A model generated the notes under the pieces. The model was not told the DNA's origin, made no database searches, and worked only from the letters and a program-made list of their open reading frames with translations. From Candidatus Poribacteria bacterium (lineage in GTDB: Bacteria > Poribacteria > WGA-4E > PCPOR2b): a DNA stretch of 64,000 nt. Below are positions 9,354 through 20,414 of this stretch, in pieces (within the stretch, counting starts at the first letter, position 1; each line of letters opens with the position of its first letter). The position numbers and the translations under genes are program-made. Where the stretch lies: contig OZ244587.1 of the NCBI GenBank assembly GCA_965218095.1, positions 2,240,001 through 2,304,000 of the forward strand, written 5' to 3'.

Positions 9354-11000
9354 ATGATGCCTCGGCTTCTCATCCATCGGATAGCTTCCATCGCCCTTTG
9401 CCTGTGGCTGATCGCTGTTTGCTGGCAGCCCCCTGCCGTTCAAGCCCAAGATTCGTCTGAATTCACCGAGGCTGTTGAACGCTATCGCACTCGCATCCGT
9501 AAAGAACCGGAGAATCTTGAACTGCATCGGCAGATGATTGAACATGCCCGGCAAACCAATCGGTTAGCGGTCCCGCTGTACATCTACACGATCTCCTATG
9601 AGAAACAGCCCACGAACACAACTGTCCTCTATGTTTTGGGGTACAGCTATCTGATAGATGCTTCTGAAACCGCCCTGATGGAAGCTGAAAGACTTTTTCA
9701 AGCAGCAATCGCGGAGCACTCCCAGTTCGCTGAAGCTTATGTCGCTTTGGGCAGATGCTACATAGCGCAGGGGAAAACTGAGGCAGGGTTCGAGGCGTTT
9801 CAAAAAAGTCTCCAAATCAACCCCAACTTTTGGGAGGCCAACCTTGAACTTGGAAATTACTATCGTGATCAGAAGGACTATCGGTCAGCAATCGAGCATT
9901 ACATGCAGAGCCTTGCCCCACGTCCAAAAGCAGCCACCACGCACTTTAATCTCGGTACGGTGTACCGCATTATGGGCAAACTTGAGGCGGCGCGTCAAGC
10001 CTTTGCGCAGGCGAGCAAACATGATAAAAAATATGCCGATGCCTACTATCAGTTGGGGCAGATCTACGCTTTGCAGGGCAAACCGGACGATGCGCTAAAG
10101 CAGTATCGCAAGGGACAGAGGCTTGATCCAAACAACGCAAATGTTCGATACCAACTCGCGCATATCTTCCTGGACCAAAACGACGAGCGTCACGCCATCC
10201 TATCCGTGCGGAGTGCATTGGCAATAGACGCGAAATATGTGGAATATGTGGAAAGATTGGAAGATGTGAGCATATCCCGTGCTGCGGAGATAATCGCGCA
10301 AATCCTCCAGGAACACCCGGATAACGCAGACCTCCAACACTTCGCTGGTGAATTAATTCTGAAGATTGACCTTCCGGAAGGAACCCGACAATGCCTTGAG
10401 CGTTCGAAAGCCCTTGATCCGAACCTGGTGGATGCCCATTACGCGCGTGGGATTGCTTACGACCAAATGGGAGAGATGGAAAAAGCAATGGCTGAATTCC
10501 AGAAAGCGGCTGAACTCAATCCGAACGATCCAAGACCTCACCTTTATCTCGGGAAAAGATATGCGAATGGCGGACAACCCCGGAAGGCGATTTCCGCTTT
10601 TGCGAAAGCCATCGAAGCCGATCCGGAGAATGTCGAGGCGCTTAAAGACTACGCCTTCTTGTGCCTCGCCTACGATGAGAAAGGCGGATGGAAGCGGGCG
10701 AAACGCGCACTTGAGACGGCAATTCAAATTCGCCCCGGCGATCCGGAAATCTTGATGAATTACGGACACACGCTCTTAATGAGCCAGGAAAATCACGAGG
10801 CGATTATCTACTATTTGCGCGCAATTGAACTCAAACCCGATTGGGTATTGAGCCACTATAACTTGGCAATTGCTTATGAAACAATTGGGAAAAAAAAACT
10901 CGCCTTAGCGGAATACCAAAAGGTGATGCAACTCGATTTGGAGGGGAGTTACGGCGAAAAGGCGTCGGAACGCATCCGGGTTTTGGAGGAGGAGAAGTGA
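9354..11000 (+). CDS. Exported tetratricopeptide repeat protein
   Basis: Signal peptide, many TPR consensus units and SD ggaggt. Confidence 0.9.
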   Translation: MMPRLLIHRIASIALCLWLIAVCWQPPAVQAQDSSEFTEAVERYRTRIRKEPENLELHRQMIEHARQTNRLAVPLYIYTISYEKQPTNTTVLYVLGYSYLIDASETALMEAERLFQAAIAEHSQFAEAYVALGRCYIAQGKTEAGFEAFQKSLQINPNFWEANLELGNYYRDQKDYRSAIEHYMQSLAPRPKAATTHFNLGTVYRIMGKLEAARQAFAQASKHDKKYADAYYQLGQIYALQGKPDDALKQYRKGQRLDPNNANVRYQLAHIFLDQNDERHAILSVRSALAIDAKYVEYVERLEDVSISRAAEIIAQILQEHPDNADLQHFAGELILKIDLPEGTRQCLERSKALDPNLVDAHYARGIAYDQMGEMEKAMAEFQKAAELNPNDPRPHLYLGKRYANGGQPRKAISAFAKAIEADPENVEALKDYAFLCLAYDEKGGWKRAKRALETAIQIRPGDPEILMNYGHTLLMSQENHEAIIYYLRAIELKPDWVLSHYNLAIAYETIGKKKLALAEYQKVMQLDLEGSYGEKASERIRVLEEEK

Positions 11001-11174
11001 CGTGATTTCTAATGTCCGTTTTGGAAGGCGGATGCAACACACTGATCAATCTCTGCGTGGTTTAAGACCCCTTAGAATCTGGCAAATTGAGTCCCCTAAT
11101 TAATTCAAAGGAGGGTCGTAATTCCCGGCAATCACATTGTAGGGTGGACGCCGGGATAGTACGCTATCCCTGAT

Positions 11175-11798
11175 TTATCGTGACGATTTCAGTTGACAGT
11201 CAAATTTCCAATCCGTTGTATTCACACGCTGAGATCTGCCGGATTGATCCGGAAATAGAAGATACCCATTTTGGCAAGCATACTCATGCAGCTGCCTGGT
11301 AATCTCGACATCTCTGCGACAGTATTCCGCAACCAGATCGACCCTGCCCGCTTTCCACCACCGCACAGACTGCAAGCCATCCGCTGATTTGGATTCTCGG
11401 AATGTTGCCTTTGCAAGCGCGTCAAGACTGACGCGAAAACCCAGTGTACGGCGGATGCGCTCTAGCATATCGAAAGTCGGCGCCTGCCACAAGTTGACCG
11501 ATGTATACGGCGCAAGGACAATGTAATCAAAAGCCTTGAGATTGAATCCGACGATGAGATCTGCTTTTGCGAGTTGATCTATTAGTGCGTCAACATCGGC
11601 TTCAAGGTAGGTGGTGTATTGCTGATCGGTCGTGCTGTATGTCACAGCGACCGCGAGCTTCAACCGATCGATGTTTGACCAACCCCCGACTTCTTGGGCT
11701 GTCTTCTGCGTCTCCAAATCGAAGTAGATTATGTTTGGTTTTCTATCATTGGCGTTCATATTGATGACCGGCAATTGAGAATTCCTAAATTGCATCAC
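11175..11798 (-). CDS. RNase H-like (RNase_H_2/YprB-type) DEDD exonuclease
   Basis: YFDLETQK, VGFN..FD, SLDALAKAT, YCRRDVEIT. The start may be a few codons downstream. Confidence 0.85.
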   Translation of the reverse strand: MMQFRNSQLPVINMNANDRKPNIIYFDLETQKTAQEVGGWSNIDRLKLAVAVTYSTTDQQYTTYLEADVDALIDQLAKADLIVGFNLKAFDYIVLAPYTSVNLWQAPTFDMLERIRRTLGFRVSLDALAKATFRESKSADGLQSVRWWKAGRVDLVAEYCRRDVEITRQLHEYACQNGYLLFPDQSGRSQRVNTTDWKFDCQLKSSR

Positions 11799-11937
11799 TC
11801 ACCCTTGACAAGGTTTACCTCTCGTGATAGGATAAATAGCGAGTCAGTGAATGAAGAAATGGGTTCATGGGTAAATGCCTAAACGAGTTCATTTACCTAT
11901 CGTTTCACGTTTTACGCATTACTTCTGGAGGCCGATA

Positions 11938-13080
11938 ATGAAAATCGTTATTGCCCCTGATTCGTTTAAAGGAAGCCTGACCGCGCTGCAAGCGGCGGAA
12001 GCAATGGAAATTGGGTTACGCCATGTGTTCCCTGATGCCGACATCGAAAAAGTACCGATGGCAGATGGCGGTGAAGGCACGCTGCAATCCCTCGTTGACG
12101 CAACGAACGGAGAAATCTTGACTGAGCGGGTGCTTGATCCGCTCGGCAGTACGATTGATGCCCGGTATGGTGTCCTCGGCGACAGTGTTACAGCGGCGAT
12201 CGAAATAGCGGCAGCTTCCGGCTTAACGCTCGTTCCCTCCGATAAACGCAACCCGCTCGTCACGACAACCTGCGGCACAGGACAGCTCATCCAGGCTGCC
12301 TTAGAACACGGCTGCCGAAAGCTAATCATCGGAATCGGGGGCAGCGCGACAAACGATGGCGGCGCCGGAATGGCACAAGCGCTTGGCGCAAAGTTGCTGA
12401 CAGCGGATAGCGCGCAGATAAAACCGGGAGGGGGCTATTTGAATGAACTCAGTTCAATTGACCTTTCTGCATTAGATCCGCGCATCGCCGAAACTGAGAT
12501 AGTTGTTGCCTGTGATGTCAACAATCCACTGACGGGTGAACATGGCGCTTCCCACGTCTACGGACCTCAGAAGGGGGCAACTCCGGAAATGGTCAAGGTG
12601 TTGGACGCGAACTTGGTACATTTTGATAAGATCTTGCAGCGCGATCTTCGTAAATCTGTCGGCGACATCCCCGGTGCGGGGGCAGCCGGTGGGTTAGGTG
12701 CAGGTTTACTCGCTTTCCTTGATGCGGAGTTAAAATCAGGTGTTGAGATTGTCATCGAAACGATTCAACTCGCCAAGTGGCTTGCGGATGCAGATCTCGT
12801 CATCACCGGCGAAGGACAGATTAACTTCCAAACGGTTTTCGGCAAAACACCGGTTGGCGTCGCGAGAGCGGCGAAAACGCACGATATTCCTGTGATTGCA
12901 ATCGCCGGCAGCGTTGCTGATGGTTCTGATGGTGTTTACGATGCCGGAATTGATGCGATGATCGATATTGTGCCTGAACCGATGTCCTTAGAAATTGCAA
13001 TCGAAAACGCAGCTGTACTCATCGCTACTGCTGCCGAGCGTGCTGCGCGTTTGGTCGCAACTGGAATGAAAATGAAGTAA
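11938..13080 (+). CDS. glxK: Glycerate kinase
   Basis: MKIVIAPDSFKGSL, PMADGGEGT, GIGGSATNDGG, GAGAAGGLG. Confidence 0.95.
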   Translation: MKIVIAPDSFKGSLTALQAAEAMEIGLRHVFPDADIEKVPMADGGEGTLQSLVDATNGEILTERVLDPLGSTIDARYGVLGDSVTAAIEIAAASGLTLVPSDKRNPLVTTTCGTGQLIQAALEHGCRKLIIGIGGSATNDGGAGMAQALGAKLLTADSAQIKPGGGYLNELSSIDLSALDPRIAETEIVVACDVNNPLTGEHGASHVYGPQKGATPEMVKVLDANLVHFDKILQRDLRKSVGDIPGAGAAGGLGAGLLAFLDAELKSGVEIVIETIQLAKWLADADLVITGEGQINFQTVFGKTPVGVARAAKTHDIPVIAIAGSVADGSDGVYDAGIDAMIDIVPEPMSLEIAIENAAVLIATAAERAARLVATGMKMK

Positions 13081-13413
13081 AACGTAATGTGTAAAATGTA
13101 TTTTATACATCCTCGTGGTTCATGTCAATTTTTTTCACTGACCTGGAAGTAACCCATGCCAGGGCTGGAGCAAGCCGAGCCTCTATAAATAAATATGACG
13201 AAAGATTTGTGTTGATTAAGCAACAAAAGATTTCATGGACGAACTTGTTGAGATCTGCGCCGGTTGGTTCCCCTCTCCATTTCGGTGCTTGCATCCCGAT
13301 TTATCGGGGAGAGGGGCTGGAGGAGAGGTCAAGAAGCCAGCCACAATGGGCTCGAATTGAGAAAATCGTATCACTTACCATAGATTCTACAAAAGACATC
13401 CCCGTGCAAAAAT

Positions 13414-14364
13414 ATGACCAAATTGAAATTCGCCATCAGTGCGATTGGACTGCTAATCCTGCACACCGGAGGTACGTTTGCTGCATTTAATGACACCGGT
13501 GTAGGCGCGAGGCCGCTCGGAATGGGCGGGGCGTTCGTTGCTCTGGCTGACGATGGCGACGCGGCAAGTTACAACGCCGCGGGAATCGGCTATATTGACG
13601 CGGCCCGGATCAGTTTAACGACTGCGCAGCGGTTTAAAGGACTCATCAATTATAATTATATCGGCGGCGTATTGCCGCTTGAATCCGCTGGTTCGTTGGG
13701 CGCAAGCATCGGGATTCTCACTGAAGATTCGGAGATTTATAAAGAACAGACAATCACAGTATCTTACGGGAGAACCGTTTCGCCCAACCTTGCATTTGGA
13801 ATTAATTTCAAATTCCTCGGCGCCAACTTCGATGAACATAATGAATCCGTTCGGACCAACCCGTACTTTGCTGGCGCCTCCGCCGCTGCGATTTCGTTCG
13901 ATCTGGGTGTAATGGCGAAGCCGGTGACAGGTCTAACATTGGGGCTTTCGGCGGAAAACCTCCTCCCTGCCGACGTCAGTATCTCCGAGTCAAGCGAAGA
14001 TGATGTCCCTGCAAATATTCGCGTCGGCCTGGCGTACAGTCTCGCTTCGATTGCTGAGAGCACGCAACAGGAATCCTTACGTGAAGTACTCAAATCTGGT
14101 TTGGGACTCATTGAAGTTGCCTTTCGAGATGGAGATCGGCAGATTCACGCCGGGGCGGAAGTGTGGTTAAACAGGTCAATTGGCCTCCGGGGAGGCTATT
14201 CGCTAAAAAGCAGCGTGAATAGTGCTACCAGTATCGCTCTTGGTGGAAGCGCCAGGATTCCAATCGCCGCACTCAGCCTGCAACTGGATTACGCATTTCA
14301 GATTCTCACGGGGGATTTAGAGGACAACACAACCCAACGCTTGTCGTTGAACCTCATATTTTAG
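13414..14364 (+). CDS. PorV/PorQ (UPF0164)-type outer-membrane beta-barrel
   Basis: GVGARPLGMGGAFVALADD..YNAAG motif, signal peptide and a terminal Phe. Confidence 0.85.
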   Translation: MTKLKFAISAIGLLILHTGGTFAAFNDTGVGARPLGMGGAFVALADDGDAASYNAAGIGYIDAARISLTTAQRFKGLINYNYIGGVLPLESAGSLGASIGILTEDSEIYKEQTITVSYGRTVSPNLAFGINFKFLGANFDEHNESVRTNPYFAGASAAAISFDLGVMAKPVTGLTLGLSAENLLPADVSISESSEDDVPANIRVGLAYSLASIAESTQQESLREVLKSGLGLIEVAFRDGDRQIHAGAEVWLNRSIGLRGGYSLKSSVNSATSIALGGSARIPIAALSLQLDYAFQILTGDLEDNTTQRLSLNLIF

Positions 14365-14373
14365 GGAAAGTGA

Positions 14374-15822
14374 ATGAAAAAGAGACAACGCTATCTCATC
14401 GTTGGGCTAATTCCGTTTTTTGCCCTGCTTTCCGGGATTGATGGTGACGCTGCTGTCACATCAACAGGCGAAATCAACGTCAAAGATGACGATCAAGGTC
14501 TTCTTCACGCAGACTCGACCGTGACGTTGATTGTTACACTCCTGATTGATCGGTCGCTTGCCAGACCTGTTGAGGAAGACATTAGGACAATCGAAATCCT
14601 ACTGCCAAATGGATTCGTTGTCGAGCAATCAAATTTTGGAACTTTTTCTCGTGATAGTCGGCAAGTTGGCGCGATGGCGGAAATCCCGGGAACCTCTCGG
14701 AATCGTCTGCGGGTTCGTTTAGACGAGGCAATCACGGATTTTGAGAACACAGTCAATGAAATTATCTTCGATACTATCTTCGATACCAGGACGCCCGATA
14801 CCATTGCCGAAGAGGTCACCTTTAGAGTGCGCCTCAGAAACTGGGAGGATCAACCAATTGGTGAGTTTATCAAACCGGGCAATGTGGATGGAATATCGAA
14901 TAATGACGACTTTACCCTGCAAGTCATCCCAAATGTTCCGCCCGAGCCCGTCGAGGGGTTTACTGTTGAGCGAGATCCGAATGGCGAAAACGACGCCATC
15001 CTCACATGGCAAAAGTCAGATGACCCGGATGTGAGCGGATATCTAATTTATCGTGATGCGGAGGAAGCAATTGACGTCAAAGTTGATAGTGGCTCAACCC
15101 GAGAAACCGAGCTCTTTATCGACGTGAATGTCACACCGGGGAACCATACCTATGCAATCGAGGCGTACAAGGGTACAAAAAGTCTGAAATCGAGCCGTTC
15201 AGAAGTCATTCCTTTTGATATTCCCAAGGACATCACATCACCTGACCCTCCCGAGAGATTGATCGTCGGCGCCTCCAGCGACGGGGTTAAAGTAACATGG
15301 GATCGTAGTTCCACTCGTGATGTCGAAAAATATAAACTCTTCTTCGGAACATTGGGGGAACCATTGACCCCTTTGAAAGACATCGACGGAAATGAGGTGG
15401 AGATTTCTGTCGAATCCAATGGGGCAGGATATCTTGATGCGAGGAGGCTTGGAGTTGGAGTTTTCATCTATGCCGTCGAAGCTATCGATGAAGCTAGTAA
15501 CAGATCGAAACGGATTACCCAAACCCTGCGAATCCTCGACAAACCGTTCCCTAATCCGTTCACTCCACTTTCAGATAACCCCGATTTCAACCGTGTTGTG
15601 TTTCCTGCCCGCGCTATTGAAGGCGTTGAAGGCGAGTTTATTGTCCTGATTTTTGACATTAACGGCGTACTTGTCAGGGAATTAAAAGCCGATCCGGACG
15701 TGCGTGAACTGGAATGGGACGGCAAAGATGAAAATGGCGATCTCGTCGAAAGCGGGGTGTACGTTTATCAGATCCAAATGGGCGAAAGTTTCGATACAGG
15801 CACGGTGATTGTTGCAAAATAG
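14374..15822 (+). CDS. Secreted protein with two FN3 domains and a C-terminal FlgD-Ig/T9SS-like sorting domain
   Basis: LTWQKSDDPDVSGYLIYR, PFPNPFTP, WDGKDENGDLVESGVYVYQI. Confidence 0.85.
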   Translation: MKKRQRYLIVGLIPFFALLSGIDGDAAVTSTGEINVKDDDQGLLHADSTVTLIVTLLIDRSLARPVEEDIRTIEILLPNGFVVEQSNFGTFSRDSRQVGAMAEIPGTSRNRLRVRLDEAITDFENTVNEIIFDTIFDTRTPDTIAEEVTFRVRLRNWEDQPIGEFIKPGNVDGISNNDDFTLQVIPNVPPEPVEGFTVERDPNGENDAILTWQKSDDPDVSGYLIYRDAEEAIDVKVDSGSTRETELFIDVNVTPGNHTYAIEAYKGTKSLKSSRSEVIPFDIPKDITSPDPPERLIVGASSDGVKVTWDRSSTRDVEKYKLFFGTLGEPLTPLKDIDGNEVEISVESNGAGYLDARRLGVGVFIYAVEAIDEASNRSKRITQTLRILDKPFPNPFTPLSDNPDFNRVVFPARAIEGVEGEFIVLIFDINGVLVRELKADPDVRELEWDGKDENGDLVESGVYVYQIQMGESFDTGTVIVAK

Positions 15823-15881
15823 TGAAACGTAAAATGTAAGAAGCACATATTCCCTTACGCAATATGCAGGAGGCGATCCAA

Positions 15882-17657
15882 ATGAACCTCAAAACAACAC
15901 TTATTATTCTTGCTGTGTTTGTCTTACTCGCGGGGACATATTTTCTTTTCTGGCAACCAGCCCCCGATGCAGAAAAGTTGAAGGCAGACCAGCAGAAGAT
16001 TCGCGAGGTTTACGCGCTCGATAAAGAGGGCATCCGGCAGATTCGCTTGTCATTCAATGACGAATCCTATCAACCCCTGACATTGGCGAAAAGCACGGAC
16101 GGTATGTGGCAGTTGACACATCCGCTTGCCGCCGATGCTGACCAATCCAGAATCGACGAAATGCTGCGATACCTGCTGGAAAAGAAGGTCAAGCAGACTC
16201 TTGAAGCGACAGATCTGGCACAATACGGACTCCAACCGCCCAATATCCAAATTGAGTTGTGGATGGAGGGAAAAAGTCCAGCAAAAACCTTCCTGATCGG
16301 CAATAAAACCGTCAACTATTCCGTCTACACGAAGGAGAAGTCTGAGCCACATATCTTTCTCATCGAATCGAGTGCGCTTGATGATTTCACCAAATCCCCT
16401 TCAGATCTGCGTGCCCGAAACGTCTTTAAATTTTCACCGGATGCGGCTGCAGAGATCTCAATCCAAGTTTCCAGTCAGGCAGACGTTCACTGCCGCAAGC
16501 AGGATGAGGGTCAATGGGAGATGATTGAGCCGGTGAGGGCGAAAGCGGATGCTGGGGAAATCGAGGGCATTCTGTCTGCGCTCAATGCACTGAAGGTCAC
16601 TGTCTTTGAAGCAGATGGACAGATCGAGTTCGCCGGGTATGGGCTTGATAAACCGAGAGTTTTTGTAAGCCTCCAACTCATGGATAACAGCATGCAGGAA
16701 TTGGTGATAGGCAGCGAAACTGGCACAACCGGACGGGTTTACGTCAAACGTCCAAAGATCCCTTCAGTCTACTCCGTCAATAAAGAAATTTATGCGCAAT
16801 TGAATAAAACCGTTTTTGATCTCCGCGATAAACATGTCATCGAGTTTCAGCGGACACAAGCGCGTCGGTTCGAGCTCCGTCAAGGGGATAGCAAAATTGT
16901 CTGTGAGAAAAACACGGATGGCGAATGGGAGCTCAAGGCGCCCGTTGCGCTGAAAGCAGATGGAACCGCAGTCGATGATCTCCTGTTTGGCGTGGATGCG
17001 TTAAAGGCGGTTGAGTTCGTCGATGATCATCCCGAGAGCCTTCAGCCTTACGGCTTAGATGCGCCTTCGATCCAGGTTTCGTTCATCGCCCCCAATGCCG
17101 AGCCCGCCATCCTGCTTGTTGGAGAACTGAAAGGCGATAATGTCTATGTAAAATCCCAAAACGCTGAACCTGTCTTTTTGGTCAAGCAAGATCTCCTCGA
17201 CCTCGTTGGGATGGGAGTCGCAGGACTACGGGATAAACAGATTCTTGATTTCAACAGCGATGCAGCCGCTAAAATTGTTTTGAAGCATGGAGATGTCGAT
17301 CTGACTTGTCAAAAACAGGGGACGAATTGGCGACTCACACATCCTGTGCAAGAGGATGCGAAAAACGGAGCGGTCAACAGTATCATCTATCAGATTAACA
17401 AACTGATAGTCGAAAAGTTCTTAGCGAGGTCGCCCAACATAGCGACGACGGGGCTTGGTGCGCCGGCGATTCAGCTCACCGTCACGTTGAAAGATCGGGC
17501 AGAGCACACGTTACAAATCGGCAAGCTCGCTGACGACGAACATCACTATGGCCGCTTGCGTAGTTCACCGGATACGGTTTTCCTCATCAAGGTAGAAGTT
17601 GCTGAAAAACTCAAGAAGACAGTGGAGGATCTGCGGGAAACGGTAGACGGGGCGTGA
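15882..17657 (+). CDS. DUF4340 domain protein (three repeats)
   Basis: N-terminal TM anchor; repeated W..P...AD, YGLxxP and DLRDK motifs; SD aggagg. Confidence 0.88.
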   Translation: MNLKTTLIILAVFVLLAGTYFLFWQPAPDAEKLKADQQKIREVYALDKEGIRQIRLSFNDESYQPLTLAKSTDGMWQLTHPLAADADQSRIDEMLRYLLEKKVKQTLEATDLAQYGLQPPNIQIELWMEGKSPAKTFLIGNKTVNYSVYTKEKSEPHIFLIESSALDDFTKSPSDLRARNVFKFSPDAAAEISIQVSSQADVHCRKQDEGQWEMIEPVRAKADAGEIEGILSALNALKVTVFEADGQIEFAGYGLDKPRVFVSLQLMDNSMQELVIGSETGTTGRVYVKRPKIPSVYSVNKEIYAQLNKTVFDLRDKHVIEFQRTQARRFELRQGDSKIVCEKNTDGEWELKAPVALKADGTAVDDLLFGVDALKAVEFVDDHPESLQPYGLDAPSIQVSFIAPNAEPAILLVGELKGDNVYVKSQNAEPVFLVKQDLLDLVGMGVAGLRDKQILDFNSDAAAKIVLKHGDVDLTCQKQGTNWRLTHPVQEDAKNGAVNSIIYQINKLIVEKFLARSPNIATTGLGAPAIQLTVTLKDRAEHTLQIGKLADDEHHYGRLRSSPDTVFLIKVEVAEKLKKTVEDLRETVDGA

Positions 17658-17785
17658 ATTGATTTCGGATTGCGGTCCTGGCTTCACCGAGGATTTCACT
17701 TCGTGGAAATTGCGGATTGTTTATCGGTATGATGCAGGCGTCGAATCCTTCCAGAACCCTTTGCGGAACTGCATAAGTCTTAAAT

Positions 17786-17826
17786 AAAAAGGGGTAGAGA
17801 TGGCGACTAACCATCCCTACCCCTTT
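17786..17826. terminator. Likely bidirectional intrinsic terminator
   Basis: aaaaaggggtagagatgg..ccatccctaccccttt hairpin between convergent genes. Confidence 0.7.
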
Positions 17827-17881
17827 GTTATATGTTGGAAGATAAGGAGAAAAGGAATTGAAAGGGAAGAAAAGCTATGTA

Positions 17882-17964
<83 letters not shown>

Positions 17965-17985
17965 GTCTTACCCATCAACGGTAAA

Positions 17986-18015
17986 ATTATACCAAGCGAT
18001 AAATGGAGTTGTCAA
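17986..18015 (-). promoter_or_regulatory. sigma70 promoter of tRNA-Leu
   Basis: TTGACA-18-TATAAT with an extended TG. Confidence 0.7.
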
Positions 18016-18204
18016 GAATATATTGTAGCATGGCACTGCCCACAAGATGTACCGTGCCGATCTGGCGGACGACGCCCTATACCGCCTGCTCGGAGGCAGA
18101 GAGACACAGACGCTGACCCGTAGAGACTCCTAGCGAACCTCAAACTTTTTCTCCCTTTATTTTCGGTCGGCAAGCTCGCCTTCATAGATGTGAACACAAT
18201 GCGG

Positions 18205-19187
18205 CTACTCGTCAAAGGAAAGTTCGGCGGGCGGATTCAGATTCAAGATTTCGATGACCCGACGGATTGGAATGCCGTGCCTGATGTTGTCGTCACGACC
18301 GACAATGGTGCATGACTTGAGCAGCGAGTTGATGATCGATTCTTCGGTCGCTTCAATCACAGCGCGGAAGAATTGAGTAAGCGCGCCTTCGTCATGAAAC
18401 GTCCGACGCTCAACTTCTGCTCCTCGCGCAGAGGCGTCAATGTGGTTCGTCGAAAACGCAATGACGAAATCGCCGCTGCTGTGCGCCGCAATCGCTCCGG
18501 TTCAGGCAAGTCCAAACGCGGCGCGTTTTGAAATACGGGTGAGTTGTCGATGGGAGAGGGGAGCATCCGCCCCAACGATAATCATACCATTTTAACCACA
18601 CGCGAAGCTGTCCCAATCCCCCCTTTCCAGCCAAAACCGCTCATGCCCACGCTGGCGCCAACCGCGCCTTCCTCGACATTTGTGTGACTGGCAATCTTTA
18701 GCGCCTCGAATATATGCTCCCGCCGAACATGCCGTCCCAAAATATCGTTAAGAAAGCTGTCATTGCATTCGCCGACAATGGGGTTAAACGAGTAGACGTT
18801 TGGGTTTTGCGCCGAGACATAGACCACAAGGGCGTCGGCAGCGATCCAGGCGTTGAGGGTGTTCGTCAGGAGGATGGGGGTCTCAATATTACCCAATTCA
18901 AGTAGTTGCGCCAAACCAATCGATTTGCCGAAGGCGTTGATGATATGCGCTGTTGCTGTGACTTTTTCACGAAAGATATTGCTGCCGTGCGGTAAGATGG
19001 CTGTAACGCCCGTGCGAATTGGCCCTTTACCGGATTCGAGTTTTCCTTCACCTGAAATGAGCGTGACGTGGCCCACTTTGACGCCAGGGACATCGGTCAT
19101 CGCGTTGCGTTTGCCGGTCGGCAGATGACCGATTTGAATACCGATTTCGCGGGCGCGAGGTCGATTGGGTTTAACAGATGTTTGCAT
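18205..19187 (-). pseudogene. DmpA/P1 (S58) aminopeptidase pseudogene
   Basis: N-half TDVPGVKVGH..GWKGGIGTASR, then an internal deletion plus frameshift near 18585, then IIVGADAPLSHRQL..GLA*TG..SGDFVIAFST with a TGA at 18502-18504. Confidence 0.88.
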
Positions 19188-20350
19188 CAGGGAGATCTTC
19201 CTTTTACGCAAGGGTTCTTATGTTGCGCCATGTCCGCGATGTACCGTTCCCTGCCGTATACCTCCTTCTTGTATAGCCAACGTGACCTGACGGGATACAT
19301 CGCAAGGCTTCGGTCCTGTAGAGGCAACTTAACGGGGGAATGGTTTTGGCGATGCGACTCCCGTAACGCGATGCATATCTCCAGCGACTTGCGCAGGTCG
19401 TCCCCGCTGCACCTGGGCACCACGCCCGTTTCCAACGAGTCAACGACCCACTGCACGGTGGCTATCAGGCGTTTGCCGGAGGTCAGCCAGCCTTCCTCAT
19501 CACGGTATCTTTCATCGACGTCGGGAAACAGACCTTCGACCTCCTTGTAATCAGCCATGAACCGTCCCGTGGTGCCTGCTTTCACTTTCCACAGGTGGAA
19601 GGCCAGCCAGTCGGCAGCGAATTTCCCGCGGCTCCCCGCCACCTCGATTCCTCCTTTGGTGGTGTTGTTGTGGCTGAAGCACTCGATGCCGTTTTTGAAC
19701 CGGATGTAGCCGCCAATCCGTTTGAACCCTACGTCACCTTCCACCTCACTGAAGGCGTCTCCCTCCACATCGCTGAACGGGTTTCCCGACACCCAGCCAA
19801 CGACCCAGTCCGGGTCAGCATCTCGCGCAAACATGCGTACCACACTCATGGAGTGGCAGCCTCCCTGGCCGTTCCCATCGTACAGGTCTATGCTTTGAAC
19901 CTCCCCAATTTCGCCAGCCTCAATCAGCTTTCGTGCGTCCTGAAGCTGCGGCATATTCCGGTAAGTATGTCCTCCGAAGAAGTAGATTCCCCGAGAGCGA
20001 CACACTTCAACCATCCGGTCGGCATCCTCCAGGCTGGCGCAAAGCGGCTTCTCACAGAAGATGGCTTTGACCTCTGCTCGCGCTGAGGCAACGACAGCAT
20101 CAGGATTTACGCTGACCGGGAGGATAGGCGCGGCGATATCGATTCGCTCTTTTCCGAGCATCTCCTCGTAGCTGCTGTAGCCCGGCACATTGAACCGCTT
20201 GCAGAACAATTCCAGATTTTCGGGGTCCGTATCGGCTCCAGCCACAACCTTACAGAAAGGGTTGAGGTTGTAAGCGCGTGCATGGTGTGTTCCCTGCCTT
20301 CCGCAGCCGATAACGCCTACCCGGTATTTCGCCTTTGTGGATTCGGCCAT
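19187..20350 (-). CDS. Gfo/Idh/MocA family oxidoreductase
   Basis: GVIGCGRQG Rossmann motif and CEKP. Confidence 0.92.
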   Translation of the reverse strand: MAESTKAKYRVGVIGCGRQGTHHARAYNLNPFCKVVAGADTDPENLELFCKRFNVPGYSSYEEMLGKERIDIAAPILPVSVNPDAVVASARAEVKAIFCEKPLCASLEDADRMVEVCRSRGIYFFGGHTYRNMPQLQDARKLIEAGEIGEVQSIDLYDGNGQGGCHSMSVVRMFARDADPDWVVGWVSGNPFSDVEGDAFSEVEGDVGFKRIGGYIRFKNGIECFSHNNTTKGGIEVAGSRGKFAADWLAFHLWKVKAGTTGRFMADYKEVEGLFPDVDERYRDEEGWLTSGKRLIATVQWVVDSLETGVVPRCSGDDLRKSLEICIALRESHRQNHSPVKLPLQDRSLAMYPVRSRWLYKKEVYGRERYIADMAQHKNPCVKGRSP

Positions 20351-20414
20351 ATTTGTTTCTCCTCAAGAATTCCTGTTTGTGAACAGCCTGTCGAGGCAGT
20401 TACCCGGTTGAAAA

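Noticed and set aside
13122-13490. 122-aa ORF upstream of the PorV-like gene
   Set aside because: It spans REP-like palindromes and overlaps the real gene out of frame.
18502-18504. In-frame TGA in the DmpA-like gene as possible selenocysteine
   Set aside because: The position corresponds to Arg in GLARTG (CGA>TGA), and the gene also has a deletion and a frameshift.
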